DNA of 64,000 nt from Candidatus Eiseniibacteriota bacterium. GTDB taxonomy: Bacteria; Orphanbacterota; Orphanbacteria; Orphanbacterales; Orphanbacteraceae. The position numbers were made by a program, and so were the translations under genes. Below the pieces are notes generated by a model that worked only from the letters and a program-made list of their open reading frames with translations, had not been told where the DNA came from and searched no databases. Shown piece by piece: positions 1 to 10,424 of this stretch. How positions within the stretch are numbered: position 1 is the first letter of the stretch; every line of letters starts with the position of its first letter. The stretch spans positions 1 through 64,000 of the forward strand of contig JBDROZ010000069.1 in assembly GCA_043809585.1 (NCBI GenBank). Direction: 5' to 3'.

Positions 1-140
1 CGCCTGACGAGAAGCCGACTTGGACGAGCCGCCACCGGAGGCGTAGTCATGCACTACGTCGAGGAGGCGGCGACGGAAAGGAGGCTTCGCAGGCGGCGAT
101 CCGAGATCGCAGTAGGAGATTTGTGCATAATCCAGGCTAG
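1..140. repeat. MITE/REP-like palindromic repeat, truncated by the window edge
   Basis: 78-140 is the reverse complement of 53470-53532 (60/63 identical). Internal hairpin core GCGTAG-tcatgca-CTACGT at 41-59. Ends in CTAG, overlapping the TAG stop of the M48 gene. Confidence 0.75.
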
Positions 141-1075
141 GCACTCTCCAAGGCTTTCGAGAACCGCTCTCGCCGGGAAGGGGGCTCCGGAGGAGGAGGA
201 GGGCCGGCCTCGCTCCCCTCCAGGTCCCGGATTCGGTCGGCCGGGTCGGGATGGGTCTTGGCGAAATCCAACCCGCCCGGCTTCAGGCGCTTCTTCATTT
301 CTCCGAGCATGGCCCCCAGCGCCCGCGGATCGTAACCGACCCGCCCCAGCACGGCGACGGCGGATCCGTCCGCCTGCTTTTCCAGGCTCCGGGAATAGCC
401 GCTGTTCATCAGCGTGGAGGTGATGTCCGTGATGCTCCCCTCGAACTCCTCGGTGAGCTTCGCCAGTTGTTCTCCCCCCAGGTTCGAAGCCCCCTCGACG
501 GCGAGGATCGTGAGGGCCGATGTCATCCGGCTCTTCTTGATGGCCCGGAGCCCGTCCCTGTTCGCGACGTGCCCGATCTCGTGGGCGAGAACGGCGGCCA
601 GTTCGTCCTCGCTCCGGCAGCACCGGATCATCCCGCGGGAGATCATGATGAAGCCGCCGGGCGCCGCGAAGGCGTTGATCTCTTCCGTATCGAGAATCAG
701 GAAGTGATAACCCCCGTAGGTGTCCGGACGATCCGAGGCCCGGGCGATGGTCTGCCCGAGGAGGTTGACGTACGCGTTCGCGGCCTGGTCGTCGTAGGGG
801 CGGTAGGTGCTGAGGACCGTCGCCGCGACGGAGCGTCCGATGTAATACTCCTGTTCCGGCGTGATGTCCTGATAGGTCTTTTCCACCGCTTCCGCGCTCC
901 GATTGATCGATCCGGCCTGCTTCTCGTCGATATAGCCTTTCTCTTGGGCGATGGACGTGCCGACCTTGGCCACCGTCGAACATGCCGGGCCGATGGCGGC
1001 GACGACAGAAAGAGTGATCGACAAGAGGACCGGAATCCGGGCGAGGGATCGCGAGGGGCGTTTTCGGTTCTTCAT
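137..1075 (-). CDS. M48 family metalloprotease, probable lipoprotein
   Basis: INAFAAPGG, ELAAVLAHEIGH (HExxH), YSRSLEKQAD and THP motifs; lipobox-like IGPAC. Confidence 0.9.
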   Translation of the reverse strand: MKNRKRPSRSLARIPVLLSITLSVVAAIGPACSTVAKVGTSIAQEKGYIDEKQAGSINRSAEAVEKTYQDITPEQEYYIGRSVAATVLSTYRPYDDQAANAYVNLLGQTIARASDRPDTYGGYHFLILDTEEINAFAAPGGFIMISRGMIRCCRSEDELAAVLAHEIGHVANRDGLRAIKKSRMTSALTILAVEGASNLGGEQLAKLTEEFEGSITDITSTLMNSGYSRSLEKQADGSAVAVLGRVGYDPRALGAMLGEMKKRLKPGGLDFAKTHPDPADRIRDLEGSEAGPPPPPEPPSRRERFSKALESA

Positions 1076-1566
1076 CGCGCGCCTCCCCCCGCCGGTTCCA
1101 CTTTTCCCTCGGCGAGGAAAAGGGCCGATTGCTCGGGCGTCACGTTGATCGTCTCCATCCGGTCGACCCAGGTGAAGTCGATGTTCGCGTTCTGGGCCTT
1201 GAACTCCGCTTCCACGTCCGAGTTGAATCCCTTGCCGGCGAGCGCCAGTTCCTCCCCCGAGACGGACTTTTGCGCGTCCCCTTCACCCGCGCTCATCACG
1301 ATGCGCTTCTTCGTCAATGCCGACTGATGGATCCAGCCGGTCCGACCCGCGGCGTCGCGCACCTGAAGCCATGGATCCTGCTTCTGGACGAGGGTGACGC
1401 GATCCCCGTAGCCGAGGGTGGCCGTAACGGCTCCGAGAAAAGACGGAGTCGACCGGAGTTGGCCGCTCTTGACCTGCACGCTCAGCATCTCGCCGCCGGC
1501 CCAAGCGACGGCCAGAGCCAGCGCGATCCCGGCGGGCAGCATGACGCAAATCCGTCTCCAACGCAT
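1072..1566 (-). CDS. Secreted SH3 (SH3b)-domain protein
   Basis: Signal peptide, LRSTPSFLG...GWIH SH3b pattern and ALAGKGF tail. AAGGAAGG RBS before ATG 1566. Overlaps the M48 start by 4 nt. Confidence 0.8.
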   Translation of the reverse strand: MRWRRICVMLPAGIALALAVAWAGGEMLSVQVKSGQLRSTPSFLGAVTATLGYGDRVTLVQKQDPWLQVRDAAGRTGWIHQSALTKKRIVMSAGEGDAQKSVSGEELALAGKGFNSDVEAEFKAQNANIDFTWVDRMETINVTPEQSALFLAEGKVEPAGGGAR

Positions 1567-2035
1567 AATCCTTCCTTTCGATATTCCTCGAGGGCTTTTC
1601 GGGCTTCCCCTGGTTCCGGTCCCCGTTTCGGTCCGAGCTTCCCTCTCATGAAATCCCCGACCCCCGGAACTGTCAAGAGGAGACGGCACCGAGGGAGCGC
1701 GGCCGGCCCCGGCCTCCCGCCGCCGGGGGAGCTCCCCGTCGGATGGTAGGGCGAAAAGTCCGGGATTTCACTCGGGTTGGCGCCCTAACTTGTTCCAATT
1801 GCGATACCTGCAACATCGGCGGAGGCGCCGGGGCGAACCGACGCTCCTGGAGGAACGCCTTGCGCCGCGTGTGCCGAAACGGTACTGTGACTTGACTGCG
1901 GGGCCCGGCCTTATTCCGCCGCCGGGATCTCCGGCGGCTCACGATACCGAGACACCACGAGGCGGTCGACTCCATGACCGCGACTCGGGATCATGAACTC
2001 ATGGTCCCCCATCCGCTCAGGACGGACCATCGGAG

Positions 2036-3292
2036 ATGAAAACGCCAAGCGTCGTCTTCTTTTGCATGCCGGAGCGGGGACACTTCCAGAGGCTCGTCCC
2101 CCTGATTTCTGGCGTGTCCGAGAGAGGCTTCACCGCGTATGTGCTCACCCATCGCAGCTTCGAGAGTCGTACTCGGCGGGCGGGCGGCGTCTTCATGGAC
2201 CTCTTCTCCAAGTATCCCCTGGAGGAGGCGGATTCCGAGTCCATGCCGATCGCCTGCCGCTATGTCAGTTTCGCGGGGCGGTTCCTCGAGGACGTCCGGA
2301 AGGACGTCATGGAACTCCGCCCTTCTCTGATCATCTACGACACCTTCGCGGTGGTCGGGCCCGTCATCGGCGATCTTCTCGGCATCCCCCATGTCAACGT
2401 TTGTGCGGGTCACAATCTCAATCCTGCCCGTTTCTTGACGCTCCTGAGCCGAGACCCCCGGGTGAAGATCTCCCCGGCCTGCCGGTCGGCCGTCGATCGT
2501 CTTCGGGAGCGGCACGGAGTGCACGACGCGTCGCCGTTTTCATACGTCTCCATGCTGAGTCCGTTCCTGAATCTCTATTGCGAGCCCCCCGCGTTTCTCG
2601 GCGACGCCGATCGGCGGACGTTCGAGCCGGTCGCGTTCTTCGGATCCCTTGAGGGGGACGAACCGGAAACACCGCGATCCGCCGGGGCCGGTTCCTGCTT
2701 CGGCGGGGCCGACGAGGATCAGACCAAGGTGTACGCGTCATTCGGGACGGTCGTTTGGAGATACTACGAGAGAGAGGCCCTCCGGGCGTTGAAGGCCCTT
2801 TCCGATAGTTTCGCGGGAATGACGAAGGCGAGCGTCGTGATCGGTTTGGGGGGATACGACCTGGACCGGGAACTCGTCGCGGCCCTCGCGAAGCCGAACG
2901 TGCGGGTCGAAACCTACGTCGATCAATGGAAGATCCTCGCCGAGGCGGACCTGTTCATCACGCATCAGGGGCTGAACTCGACGCATGAGGCGATCTTCCA
3001 CCGGGTCCCCATGATATCCTATCCGTTCTTCTGGGATCAGCCGGCGTTGGCGGAGAAGTGCCGGGAACTCGATTTGGCCGTCCCCCTGACCGGTGCCGTT
3101 CGTGAACCGGTGGAGAGCCGTCACGTGGCCGCGGCCCTCGGGGCGCTGGCGGCGAGGAGAGAATCGCTGAGAGCCGGCCTGACGAGGGCCCGTGAATGGG
3201 AAAAGAGCGTGATCGCGGGCCGCGAAACCATTTTCGATCGGATCGCGTCCATCGCGGACCCCGTCCCGAGAGGCCTCTACCAGCGGAGATAG
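2036..3292 (+). CDS. GT1 (MGT/UGT-like) glycosyltransferase
   Basis: N-terminal GH motif (ERGHFQ), VYASFGT, and FITHQGLNSTHEA...P...DQ UDP-sugar signature. Confidence 0.88.
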   Translation: MKTPSVVFFCMPERGHFQRLVPLISGVSERGFTAYVLTHRSFESRTRRAGGVFMDLFSKYPLEEADSESMPIACRYVSFAGRFLEDVRKDVMELRPSLIIYDTFAVVGPVIGDLLGIPHVNVCAGHNLNPARFLTLLSRDPRVKISPACRSAVDRLRERHGVHDASPFSYVSMLSPFLNLYCEPPAFLGDADRRTFEPVAFFGSLEGDEPETPRSAGAGSCFGGADEDQTKVYASFGTVVWRYYEREALRALKALSDSFAGMTKASVVIGLGGYDLDRELVAALAKPNVRVETYVDQWKILAEADLFITHQGLNSTHEAIFHRVPMISYPFFWDQPALAEKCRELDLAVPLTGAVREPVESRHVAAALGALAARRESLRAGLTRAREWEKSVIAGRETIFDRIASIADPVPRGLYQRR

Positions 3293-3294
3293 GA

Positions 3295-4140
3295 ATGCAC
3301 TCCGAAGAGCCGGAACGGGTCTTTCCCTTTGGCCGGGAATGGCTCCGGCATTTCGCGATGAAAGGGAAGGAAGGCGGCCCCGGCACCCCGCAGGCCGGGA
3401 ACGCGAATGCCGTGAAAGTCCGGCGCGTCCTGCAGGTGACCGCGGACCTCGCGTCGCGACCCATGGGGGATCTCCGGATTCTGGATGCGGGGTGCGGTGA
3501 GGGGGTCTACGCCATCGAGGCGGCCCTGCGCCGGGCCCGGATCGTGGCGATCGACGCACGGACAGAGCGAATGTCTCGGGGCATCGAGTGCGCCGAGAAG
3601 CACGGCCTCACGAATATCGAGTTCCGGATGGAGGATGTCAGGAGTGTAAGCAAGGAGAGCCACCAGGAATTCGATGTAGTCTTCCTTCTCGGGATTCTCT
3701 ACCATCTCGATGTTCCGGACGTGTTCCATGTTCTGGAAAACGTGCATGAGCTGTGTCGCGAGTTCGTGATCATCGATACGTTCATCAGTCCGCTCGGCGA
3801 TGAAGAGGCCGAGTACGGTGGCAGGGTCTACTCGGGTCGGAAGGTCAGGGAGCACGAGGACGGCGATTCCGCCGAAGTGAGGCGCGGCCGCGTGCTCCGG
3901 TCCCTCGACAACACCTTCGCCTTCCGCTTCACTCGGGACTCTCTCGTGCGGGTTCTAAGCGATGTGGGCTTCACATCGGTCTACGAGTGCCTGGCCCCGC
4001 CGGAACCTTTGAAGCCGCCGGATCGGATCACGCTGGTCGCCCACAAGGGCGCGGGCGTGCGGATCTCCACCTATCCGTGGATCAACCCCCTCTCGGAGGA
4101 GCAGATCGAGGATTATCTCCGGGAGACCGGCGGGGAGTAG
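3295..4140 (+). CDS. Class I SAM-dependent methyltransferase
   Basis: ILDAGCGEG motif I and FDVVFLLGILYHL. Start inferred immediately after the GT stop. Confidence 0.85.
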   Translation: MHSEEPERVFPFGREWLRHFAMKGKEGGPGTPQAGNANAVKVRRVLQVTADLASRPMGDLRILDAGCGEGVYAIEAALRRARIVAIDARTERMSRGIECAEKHGLTNIEFRMEDVRSVSKESHQEFDVVFLLGILYHLDVPDVFHVLENVHELCREFVIIDTFISPLGDEEAEYGGRVYSGRKVREHEDGDSAEVRRGRVLRSLDNTFAFRFTRDSLVRVLSDVGFTSVYECLAPPEPLKPPDRITLVAHKGAGVRISTYPWINPLSEEQIEDYLRETGGE

Positions 4141-4303
4141 CGAAGCGGCCGCCGTCCATCACTTGCCTCGTCCTGAGGTCGATGTCAGTGCGGCCGGCCG
4201 AGACGGCGCTCCGACTTCCGGAGGAGCTTCGGTGAATTCGCGCCTTCCGTTCGCGCCCCGCGCGGAGCGCCGACGGCCGGCGGCATGCGGAGGATCGCGT
4301 CAC

Positions 4304-4690
4304 ATGGGATTCGAGGTATTCCCGGGCGTCATCGAGCCGATCGGCATGATCCCGGGCCACACGAAGATCGAAGGGATAGAGAGATATCTCCTCCTGACAA
4401 GATCCTCGATCCCGGGGACCACCTTTCATATCGCGGCGCATGTCGTTTCGGGCCGATATGAGCCCGGGGGTGAGTGGCGTTTCACCGAGCCCCAGGAGCA
4501 CGAGTTCGACGAACTCAATATCCTGCTGCCGGGCGCCGAGGGCCTGCGGTACCGATACGAGATCGACGGAGTGATCCACCGGATCGACGGACCCTGCTCG
4601 GTGTTCATTTCGGCCGGCACAAGGCACCGCATGGAACCGCTCGAGGGGGCCGGCATCTTCCTCTGCATTCAATTGAACTCCGAGGGGTGA
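4304..4690 (+). CDS. Cupin-domain protein
   Basis: QEHEFDELN and VFISAGTRH cupin-like motifs; GGAGG RBS. Confidence 0.65.
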   Translation: MGFEVFPGVIEPIGMIPGHTKIEGIERYLLLTRSSIPGTTFHIAAHVVSGRYEPGGEWRFTEPQEHEFDELNILLPGAEGLRYRYEIDGVIHRIDGPCSVFISAGTRHRMEPLEGAGIFLCIQLNSEG

Positions 4691-4734
4691 GTCCCGGACG
4701 GGGGAGACGAAGTGACGGGCCGCGCCCTGTCGCA

Positions 4735-4798
4735 GATGGCGTGCGATCATGCGAGCATCAGCGTTTTGAGCCGAGATTTTATGAAAGATCAAGGTTAA
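4735..4798. repeat. Right half of a MITE-like element
   Basis: Resembles ~58825-58888 (TTGAGCCGAGATTYTATGAAAGATCRAGG). Terminal TTAA contains the stop codon of the convergent ligase gene. Confidence 0.7.
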
Positions 4799-6363
4799 TC
4801 CGGCGCGCGGGGATCTCGCGAGTGGGCGGACGACCCTGCGATCAGGTGCAGGATCTTCCCCGAGGCCGCGGGGCGGGGTGCTTCCCGCTCCACGCTGAGA
4901 TAGCCGGCCTTCCTCCACTGGCGGGCCATGTCCCTCCCGGTCCCCGATCCGGCTCCGATCGCGTCCAGGAAGGCATCGGCCACCGCGGTCGCGTCGACGG
5001 GCCCGATCGACGGGTGGACCAGGAGACGGAGACGTGGTTGGCCATCGTCCGTCTCCTCCTCGACGAGCTGGTAGTCCGTCGGTCCCCCGCCGAAGCGGCG
5101 CGGTAAGGTCTCCTCCAAGATGCGAATGACATCCGTGTCCTCGAACGTCACGCCGCCGGCGGTCAGCTTTTCGTAGCTCCGGATCGTGTGGAGGTGCGTG
5201 GACCAGCCGAGGATCTCCAGCGGACAACCGCACCGGCGCTCGGTAATCGTGGCGCGGTCGCCCATGGAGACGTTGAGAAACACGAAGGGGGCCGTCGATC
5301 GAAGGGAGGAGACGAGCAGCGCGCCGCCCGGAAAGGGGGGGGCGTCGGCTTGGATCACGGCGTTCAGGTCGCCGAACAAATGGATCTCGTCGGGCGCCTC
5401 GGGCGACAGACAACCGTAACCGACGGATCCTCCGGAGTCCGCGCTCCCGTAATCGGGTACGGCGTCGCCGTGGATTCGGCGGACGGCGGCGAGGCGGGCC
5501 TCCGTAACGGGTTCGCCGGTGATCGTGAAGCGGGCGCCCGCGAGGTTCGCTCCGGTCCCCTCCGCCGCCCGACAGAGTCGAACGACCGAACTCGGGGATC
5601 CCCATAGATGGGGGACCTCGCCCTCCCTGAGCGTCTCTTCCATCCAGCGAACGATCCGGATCGGGGCGTCGACGGGCGCGTGTTCCGGAGCCGGCAGGGA
5701 AACGCCGGCGAGCCGGCTCGTCCAGGTGACGAGGCGGGCGCACCACAGAAACGGGGAGCCCGGTCCGAGTGTTTTCGGATCAATCTGCAGAAACCACCGC
5801 GCCACGGGCGTTCCGCTTCCGGAGTACCAGAGAAGAGGCGCGACGCCCCGCGTGCTCCACACGGCGTTCCGCCAGCGCGCTCCGCCTCGGGCGTCGAGGG
5901 CGAGGCACATATTCACGGCGCGGTCCCGGACCGAAGCCAGGTCCAACTGAATACGGGTCGGTGCCCCGCGGCTCCCGCTCGTCGTGGCCCAAAGGTGTGG
6001 AGTCGAGAGAGGGTTTCGGAGTCGTGCGGGATCGGCGACGATCACGGTGCCGCCCCGGACGACCGGCCGGCGACCCTTGAACTCGTCCACCGTCAGGTAC
6101 ACACCCTCCCGGAAGAGCCCGCGGAGCGCGCCTTCCACGCCCTCGCACCGGACGAGGCGCTCCAGGTCGCCGTACTCGCACCGGGCGAGCTCGAGAAGCG
6201 AACGGTACGGGCTCGCGCGGTTCTCGTAGATGGCACGCCGCGCCAGATCGAGAAAGTCGGCTTCCCTGCGCTCGAGTCGGTGACGCAGGATCGTGCGGGC
6301 CTCGGGAAGGGTGAGAGGATCGCGAAGAAAGGCGGGGAGTCGGAGGAGCAACCGGAGTGTCAT
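4795..6363 (-). CDS. Phenylacetate-CoA ligase (PaaK)-like adenylate-forming protein
   Basis: TTSGSRG P-loop, TGEP, DYGSAD, MGD...CGC and SGKI motifs. Confidence 0.75.
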   Translation of the reverse strand: MTLRLLLRLPAFLRDPLTLPEARTILRHRLERREADFLDLARRAIYENRASPYRSLLELARCEYGDLERLVRCEGVEGALRGLFREGVYLTVDEFKGRRPVVRGGTVIVADPARLRNPLSTPHLWATTSGSRGAPTRIQLDLASVRDRAVNMCLALDARGGARWRNAVWSTRGVAPLLWYSGSGTPVARWFLQIDPKTLGPGSPFLWCARLVTWTSRLAGVSLPAPEHAPVDAPIRIVRWMEETLREGEVPHLWGSPSSVVRLCRAAEGTGANLAGARFTITGEPVTEARLAAVRRIHGDAVPDYGSADSGGSVGYGCLSPEAPDEIHLFGDLNAVIQADAPPFPGGALLVSSLRSTAPFVFLNVSMGDRATITERRCGCPLEILGWSTHLHTIRSYEKLTAGGVTFEDTDVIRILEETLPRRFGGGPTDYQLVEEETDDGQPRLRLLVHPSIGPVDATAVADAFLDAIGAGSGTGRDMARQWRKAGYLSVEREAPRPAASGKILHLIAGSSAHSRDPRAPD

Positions 6364-6722
6364 CTGAAGATCGCCGAGAATCGGCGGCGGAAACGTTCCT
6401 TGCAACGGATCAACCCTCGGGTCGATGTGCCATCGGGGGGGGCGTCCACTCGAGAGGGGCCGCTCCGCCTCCAGGATAGCCCATCGTTCACGAAAACGCG
6501 CGTGATTCCCGAACCCCCCGAGAGGAGGATGCGGCGGCGGCGGCGTCTCGATGGTGTGATATCATGATGGCGGCGTCGAATCACGACCGAATCGAGGGGA
6601 ACCGGCGGGCGGAAACGGGTTTCCGGGCGGATTCCGTCCGGATGACGGAAATGAGGGGGTGCGGGGTGCCTCCGGCCGGGGACTTTTCGCAATGACAGGG
6701 CCATGGAGTCCCGGATTCACCG

Positions 6723-8591
6723 ATGGACGACACCTCCCATCGTTCCTTCTGGGGGGCCGCCGCCATGGCGGTCCTCGCGCTTCTCGTCTTCTGCTCGGCC
6801 TTCTTCCGAATCAACGCGCCCGACTTCTGGTGGCATCTGGCGAACGGCCGGTACATGCTGGAGCATCACACCCTCCACTTCAGCGATCCCTTCTCGTACA
6901 CGACGGACGGAGCGAGCTACCCTCCCACGCAATGGGCCTTCGAGATCACGGCATTGCTCCTTTACAGGTTCTTCGGCCCCGCGGGCCCGATCGTAACCAA
7001 GGCGCTTCTGCTCACCGGCCTCTTCGTGGGACTGGGCCGCCTCCTCCGGCGGGAGGGATCGAGTCTCGCCGTCACGCTCCTTCTCCTTCTCGTGGGACTC
7101 CACCTGGCCCGGTTCCGCTTTATCCTCCGGCCGGACCTCGTCACCTACGCGGGCCTCGGGGCGATCGTCTACTTTCTGCGGGAACTCCGGGACGGAAACG
7201 CCCGCAGGCTCCGCCTGATGCCGCTCCTGTTCCTGTTCTGGATCCAGTTCCACTCCGGGGCCATCTTCGGCCTTCTGGTTCTCGGGGCGACATGGCTCGG
7301 AGAGGTCCTCGCGGCTCGGTTTCTTCCGGGCTCGGCCGCCCTGGACGGGCGGCAGAGGAAGGCCCTGCTCCGGTGGACGCTGCTTTCGTTCGCGGCCACG
7401 CTGTTCAATCCGAATCACGTGAAGTACATCCCCTTCGCCCTCGGGCATATGGCGGATTACGAAAAGCTCTCGATCGCGGAGCTCCGTCCGCTCGAATGGG
7501 CGAAAGACAGGCACCGCCTCGTCTACATGGTGTTCGCCTGTGCGGCTCTCCTGCGGGTGTGGAGACGGAATCCGTCGGCCCTCCTGGTCCTCCTTCCGCT
7601 CGCCTACGCCGCCTTCCGCACGGTGAGGCTCTTCCCCGTATTCCTGATTCTATCGATCCCGATCGTCGCCGAGGCCGTGGGGTCGTTTCGGATCGAGAGC
7701 CGCCTCCGGGGGGCGCGGGCCGTTCTCGGGATCGCCGCCGCCGCGTTCGCCCTCTGGACCGCCTTCGCTCTCCGTCCCGGGCGATCGAACGACTACTACT
7801 CTTTCGGCGTCGGCATCAACGGCCAGATGGCGCCGGTCGCCGCGGCGGACGCGCTCGAGCGCATCGATCCGGGCGGCCATCTCTTCAATTCGAACATGTA
7901 CGGCGGCTATCTGATCTGGCGGTTCGGGGGAGAGAGAAAGGTCTTCACCGACGGAAGAAGCCAGATCCACGAGAAGACCCTGGAGTTCATCAGGACCCAC
8001 TCCTGGCCGGAGATCATCGAAAGGTACGGCATCGGTCACTGCCTCATCGACTACTACTGGTACCGGCCGAAACTGCCGTCGGGGAAGGAGATGGTCCTCG
8101 TCTGGTGGGACGACCTCTCGATCCTGCTCGTTTCCCGGGGGGAGGCGGAGCGGAGGGGGCTTCCCTTCTACTCGCAAATGTACCCCGTGGTTTCTCCGGA
8201 CGCCATCCGGCGGACCGTCGATCCCGGGACCGCCGAGAGGGAGCTGCGCCGGGCGGTGGACGAAGCGCTCCATGCGGTTCTCCCCCGGCTCGTTCTTTCG
8301 ATCGTGCTTGGATGGAAGGGCGATTGGGAAGGGGCCGAGCGATTGCTGAGTGAAGCGGTCTCCGTCGAGCCTTGGAGGGAGGAGCTGCGGGTCAATCACG
8401 GCGTCATCCTCGCGAAGCTCGGTAGAAACGAGGAAGCGATCCGCGAGCTCAAGAAGGGACTCCGGTCCGAGAAGAAGAACGCGGAAGCGTGGACCGTGCT
8501 CGGAAAGCTCCTCCTGGAAAAGGGGGACGCAAGAGGAGCCGGGCGGGCTCTCTCCCGAGCGGCCGAGCTTTCACCGGAGAGAAGCGACTGA
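6723..8591 (+). CDS. Polytopic membrane protein (GT-C-like) with C-terminal TPRs
   Basis: DFWWHLANGR motif after TM1, many TM helices, GGYLIW...FTDGR, TPR-like tail. Confidence 0.7.
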   Translation: MDDTSHRSFWGAAAMAVLALLVFCSAFFRINAPDFWWHLANGRYMLEHHTLHFSDPFSYTTDGASYPPTQWAFEITALLLYRFFGPAGPIVTKALLLTGLFVGLGRLLRREGSSLAVTLLLLLVGLHLARFRFILRPDLVTYAGLGAIVYFLRELRDGNARRLRLMPLLFLFWIQFHSGAIFGLLVLGATWLGEVLAARFLPGSAALDGRQRKALLRWTLLSFAATLFNPNHVKYIPFALGHMADYEKLSIAELRPLEWAKDRHRLVYMVFACAALLRVWRRNPSALLVLLPLAYAAFRTVRLFPVFLILSIPIVAEAVGSFRIESRLRGARAVLGIAAAAFALWTAFALRPGRSNDYYSFGVGINGQMAPVAAADALERIDPGGHLFNSNMYGGYLIWRFGGERKVFTDGRSQIHEKTLEFIRTHSWPEIIERYGIGHCLIDYYWYRPKLPSGKEMVLVWWDDLSILLVSRGEAERRGLPFYSQMYPVVSPDAIRRTVDPGTAERELRRAVDEALHAVLPRLVLSIVLGWKGDWEGAERLLSEAVSVEPWREELRVNHGVILAKLGRNEEAIRELKKGLRSEKKNAEAWTVLGKLLLEKGDARGAGRALSRAAELSPERSD

Positions 8592-8704
8592 TCGCCCCCG
8601 CCGGACGTCCCTGTCGATGGCCCCGGCGGAAGTCCTTGCGTGGTCACGGAAATGGCGAAGCGGTGGGGCGCGTCGGACGGGCTGTCGGTGCCGGCAAAAC
8701 GGAG

Positions 8705-8739
8705 AAGTGCCCGGGCGCCATGGGCACCCGGGCACTTTT
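8705..8739. terminator. Probable bidirectional intrinsic terminator
   Basis: AAGTGCCCGGG...CCCGGGCACTTTT between convergent genes. Confidence 0.7.
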
Positions 8740-8775
8740 ACGATTATCGATCAAGCCTTCCGGCGAGTCGATTCT

Positions 8776-9051
8776 CTACCAGCGCTTGCGACCGCCGCCG
8801 CCGCCGCCGCCTTCCTCGCGCTTCTTGGCTTCGCTGACCGTCAGGTTCCGTCCACCCATCTCGACGCCGTTGAGGGCGCTCATCGCGGCCTCGGCGCCGC
8901 TGCTCATCTCCACGAAGCCGAACCCTCGGGGCCGACCGGTGTCACGGTCGGTGATCAGGTTGACCGAATCGACGCTGCCGTGCTGCTCGAACATGGCGCG
9001 CAATTCGGCTTCCGTGGCGCTGAAAGGGAGGTTTCCGACATACATCTTCAT
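8776..9051 (-). CDS. RRM RNA-binding protein with Gly-rich tail (copy 1)
   Basis: RNP2 MYVGNL, RNP1 RGFGFVEM, poly-Gly C-terminus. Confidence 0.95.
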   Translation of the reverse strand: MKMYVGNLPFSATEAELRAMFEQHGSVDSVNLITDRDTGRPRGFGFVEMSSGAEAAMSALNGVEMGGRNLTVSEAKKREEGGGGGGGRKRW

Positions 9052-9293
9052 TTCCGACTCCAATTCCATTCCGCCCCAAGATCTACAGGCTGAGCCGAGC
9101 CGGCGCCATGCCGTCGGCCCTCGGTCCGGACCGGGACTTCCGCTCTCTGCGCGATAAACCGGTTTCGGACATAGCTTCGAATCATCACTCCGGCACCATG
9201 GTTCGAATCAACGGGGGCGTAAGCGGCGAGTCGATTCGGCAGGAGGTATCCATCGCTATGCCCTAATTATCGTCAAAATCCTTCTCCAGTCAA
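9052..9293 (-). promoter_or_regulatory. Conserved RRM 5' leader plus sigma70-like promoter (copy 1)
   Basis: TTGACT (9293-9288)-N16-GATAAT. The 22-nt box at 9224-9245 is identical to 56059-56080. Confidence 0.7.
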
Positions 9294-9726
9294 GCGGAAA
9301 GACCTGATGGGGGCCACCGCCCTACCCGTGAGTCCTGTTCGGCGGGGGTTGCCGTTGCCGGCAAATCTCGACGGCTTCGAGTTCTCTCGAGTCGCGGGAG
9401 GCCGGTGCGGGGCGCCCCGATAGCAGAAGACCAGGGATCGCCCCCTCTCCCCCGGCGGGAGGAAGATCCGCCAACTACCGATTAACTTGTTTGTTTTCAA
9501 GTCGTTGCTGTCTGCAACCCGGCACTCGCCGTTCGTGTCCGCGACCCGCCCGGAGCGGGCAGGGAGGCAAGAATCATGATCCAGGGACCCAAGGCCGGTC
9601 TCCCAGACTCTCTTGGAGAAGGGGGGCGCCTGCCGCCTCGGGAGCGGGGAGCCGGGCCGAATCGACGGCCCGGGATCCTCTCCGGAGACGACCATCGAGT
9701 CTACTGCGGCAGGTGGCGTCCCATTG

Positions 9727-9775
9727 CGCGGGCGTCAGCGATTTGCACCCGGATTTCTTGCCGGATTAAGGTTAA
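9727..9775. repeat. Short MITE-like repeat end
   Basis: CGCGGGCGTCAGCGAT.TGCACC.GGATT...CGGATTAAGG also occurs at ~15536-15580. Terminal TTAA holds the stop of gene 9772-9978. Confidence 0.65.
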
Positions 9776-9978
9776 CTCCGGAAGGGATTCCACTCATCAT
9801 CCGCCGATACGGCGGCGTGATAGCCGGGACAGGTCTCGAATCCCCCGTCGGTCAGGCATCGATCGTAGAGTTCGAAGGCGTTCAGCGGGCGAACGCCGTG
9901 CCGGCCGGGCGGGTCGCAAAGATAGATTTCGACGTCGCTTCCGCCCGTGCTCATCGATCGAACGTAGGGACATGCCAT
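9772..9978 (-). CDS. Small 4-Cys protein (paralog A)
   Basis: MAC-x17-C-x19-CLT-x6-CP; GGAGG RBS; same Cys pattern as its neighbour. Confidence 0.6.
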   Translation of the reverse strand: MACPYVRSMSTGGSDVEIYLCDPPGRHGVRPLNAFELYDRCLTDGGFETCPGYHAAVSADDEWNPFRS

Positions 9979-10059
9979 GGGAACCTCCCCAAGTCGTCGG
10001 TCCGGATTCACGTCCATCTCGCGGGGCGAATGCGCGTTCCCGTAAGGGGCGGGACGAGC

Positions 10060-10284
10060 TCAGACGAACGGCGGAATCCAATACCCCGTCCAGCGCATAC
10101 TTTCCGCGTCCGATCTCAGGCGCCGGGGACAGCCTGGATTTCCCTCCGTAGTGAGGCACCACTCGCGCAAATCCGCGAGGGGAGGCTCGTAGGCCCCGCC
10201 CCCCCCCTTCCCCTCCTCGTAACAGACGTAGAATCCCTCGGGGCGCTCTGACGTGACCTCGAATCGAATGTTGGCGCAGGCCAT
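10060..10284 (-). CDS. Small 4-Cys protein (paralog B)
   Basis: MAC-x17-C-x21-CLT-x6-CP; GAGGAGG RBS. Confidence 0.6.
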   Translation of the reverse strand: MACANIRFEVTSERPEGFYVCYEEGKGGGGAYEPPLADLREWCLTTEGNPGCPRRLRSDAESMRWTGYWIPPFV

Positions 10285-10424
10285 CGGGAGCCTCCTCGGA
10301 CAGGAGATGAAGAACCATCCTCCATCAATGTAGCCCGTGCGGAGAGGATTGGAAAGGGACAGGGGGGCGGAGATCGTTTAACCACAGGCAACCGTCATGA
10401 GGGGGAAACCCGACCGGACAACGC

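Noticed and set aside
1690-2035. Riboswitch in the divergent intergenic region
   Set aside because: Only short GC-rich inverted repeats; no recognisable aptamer consensus.
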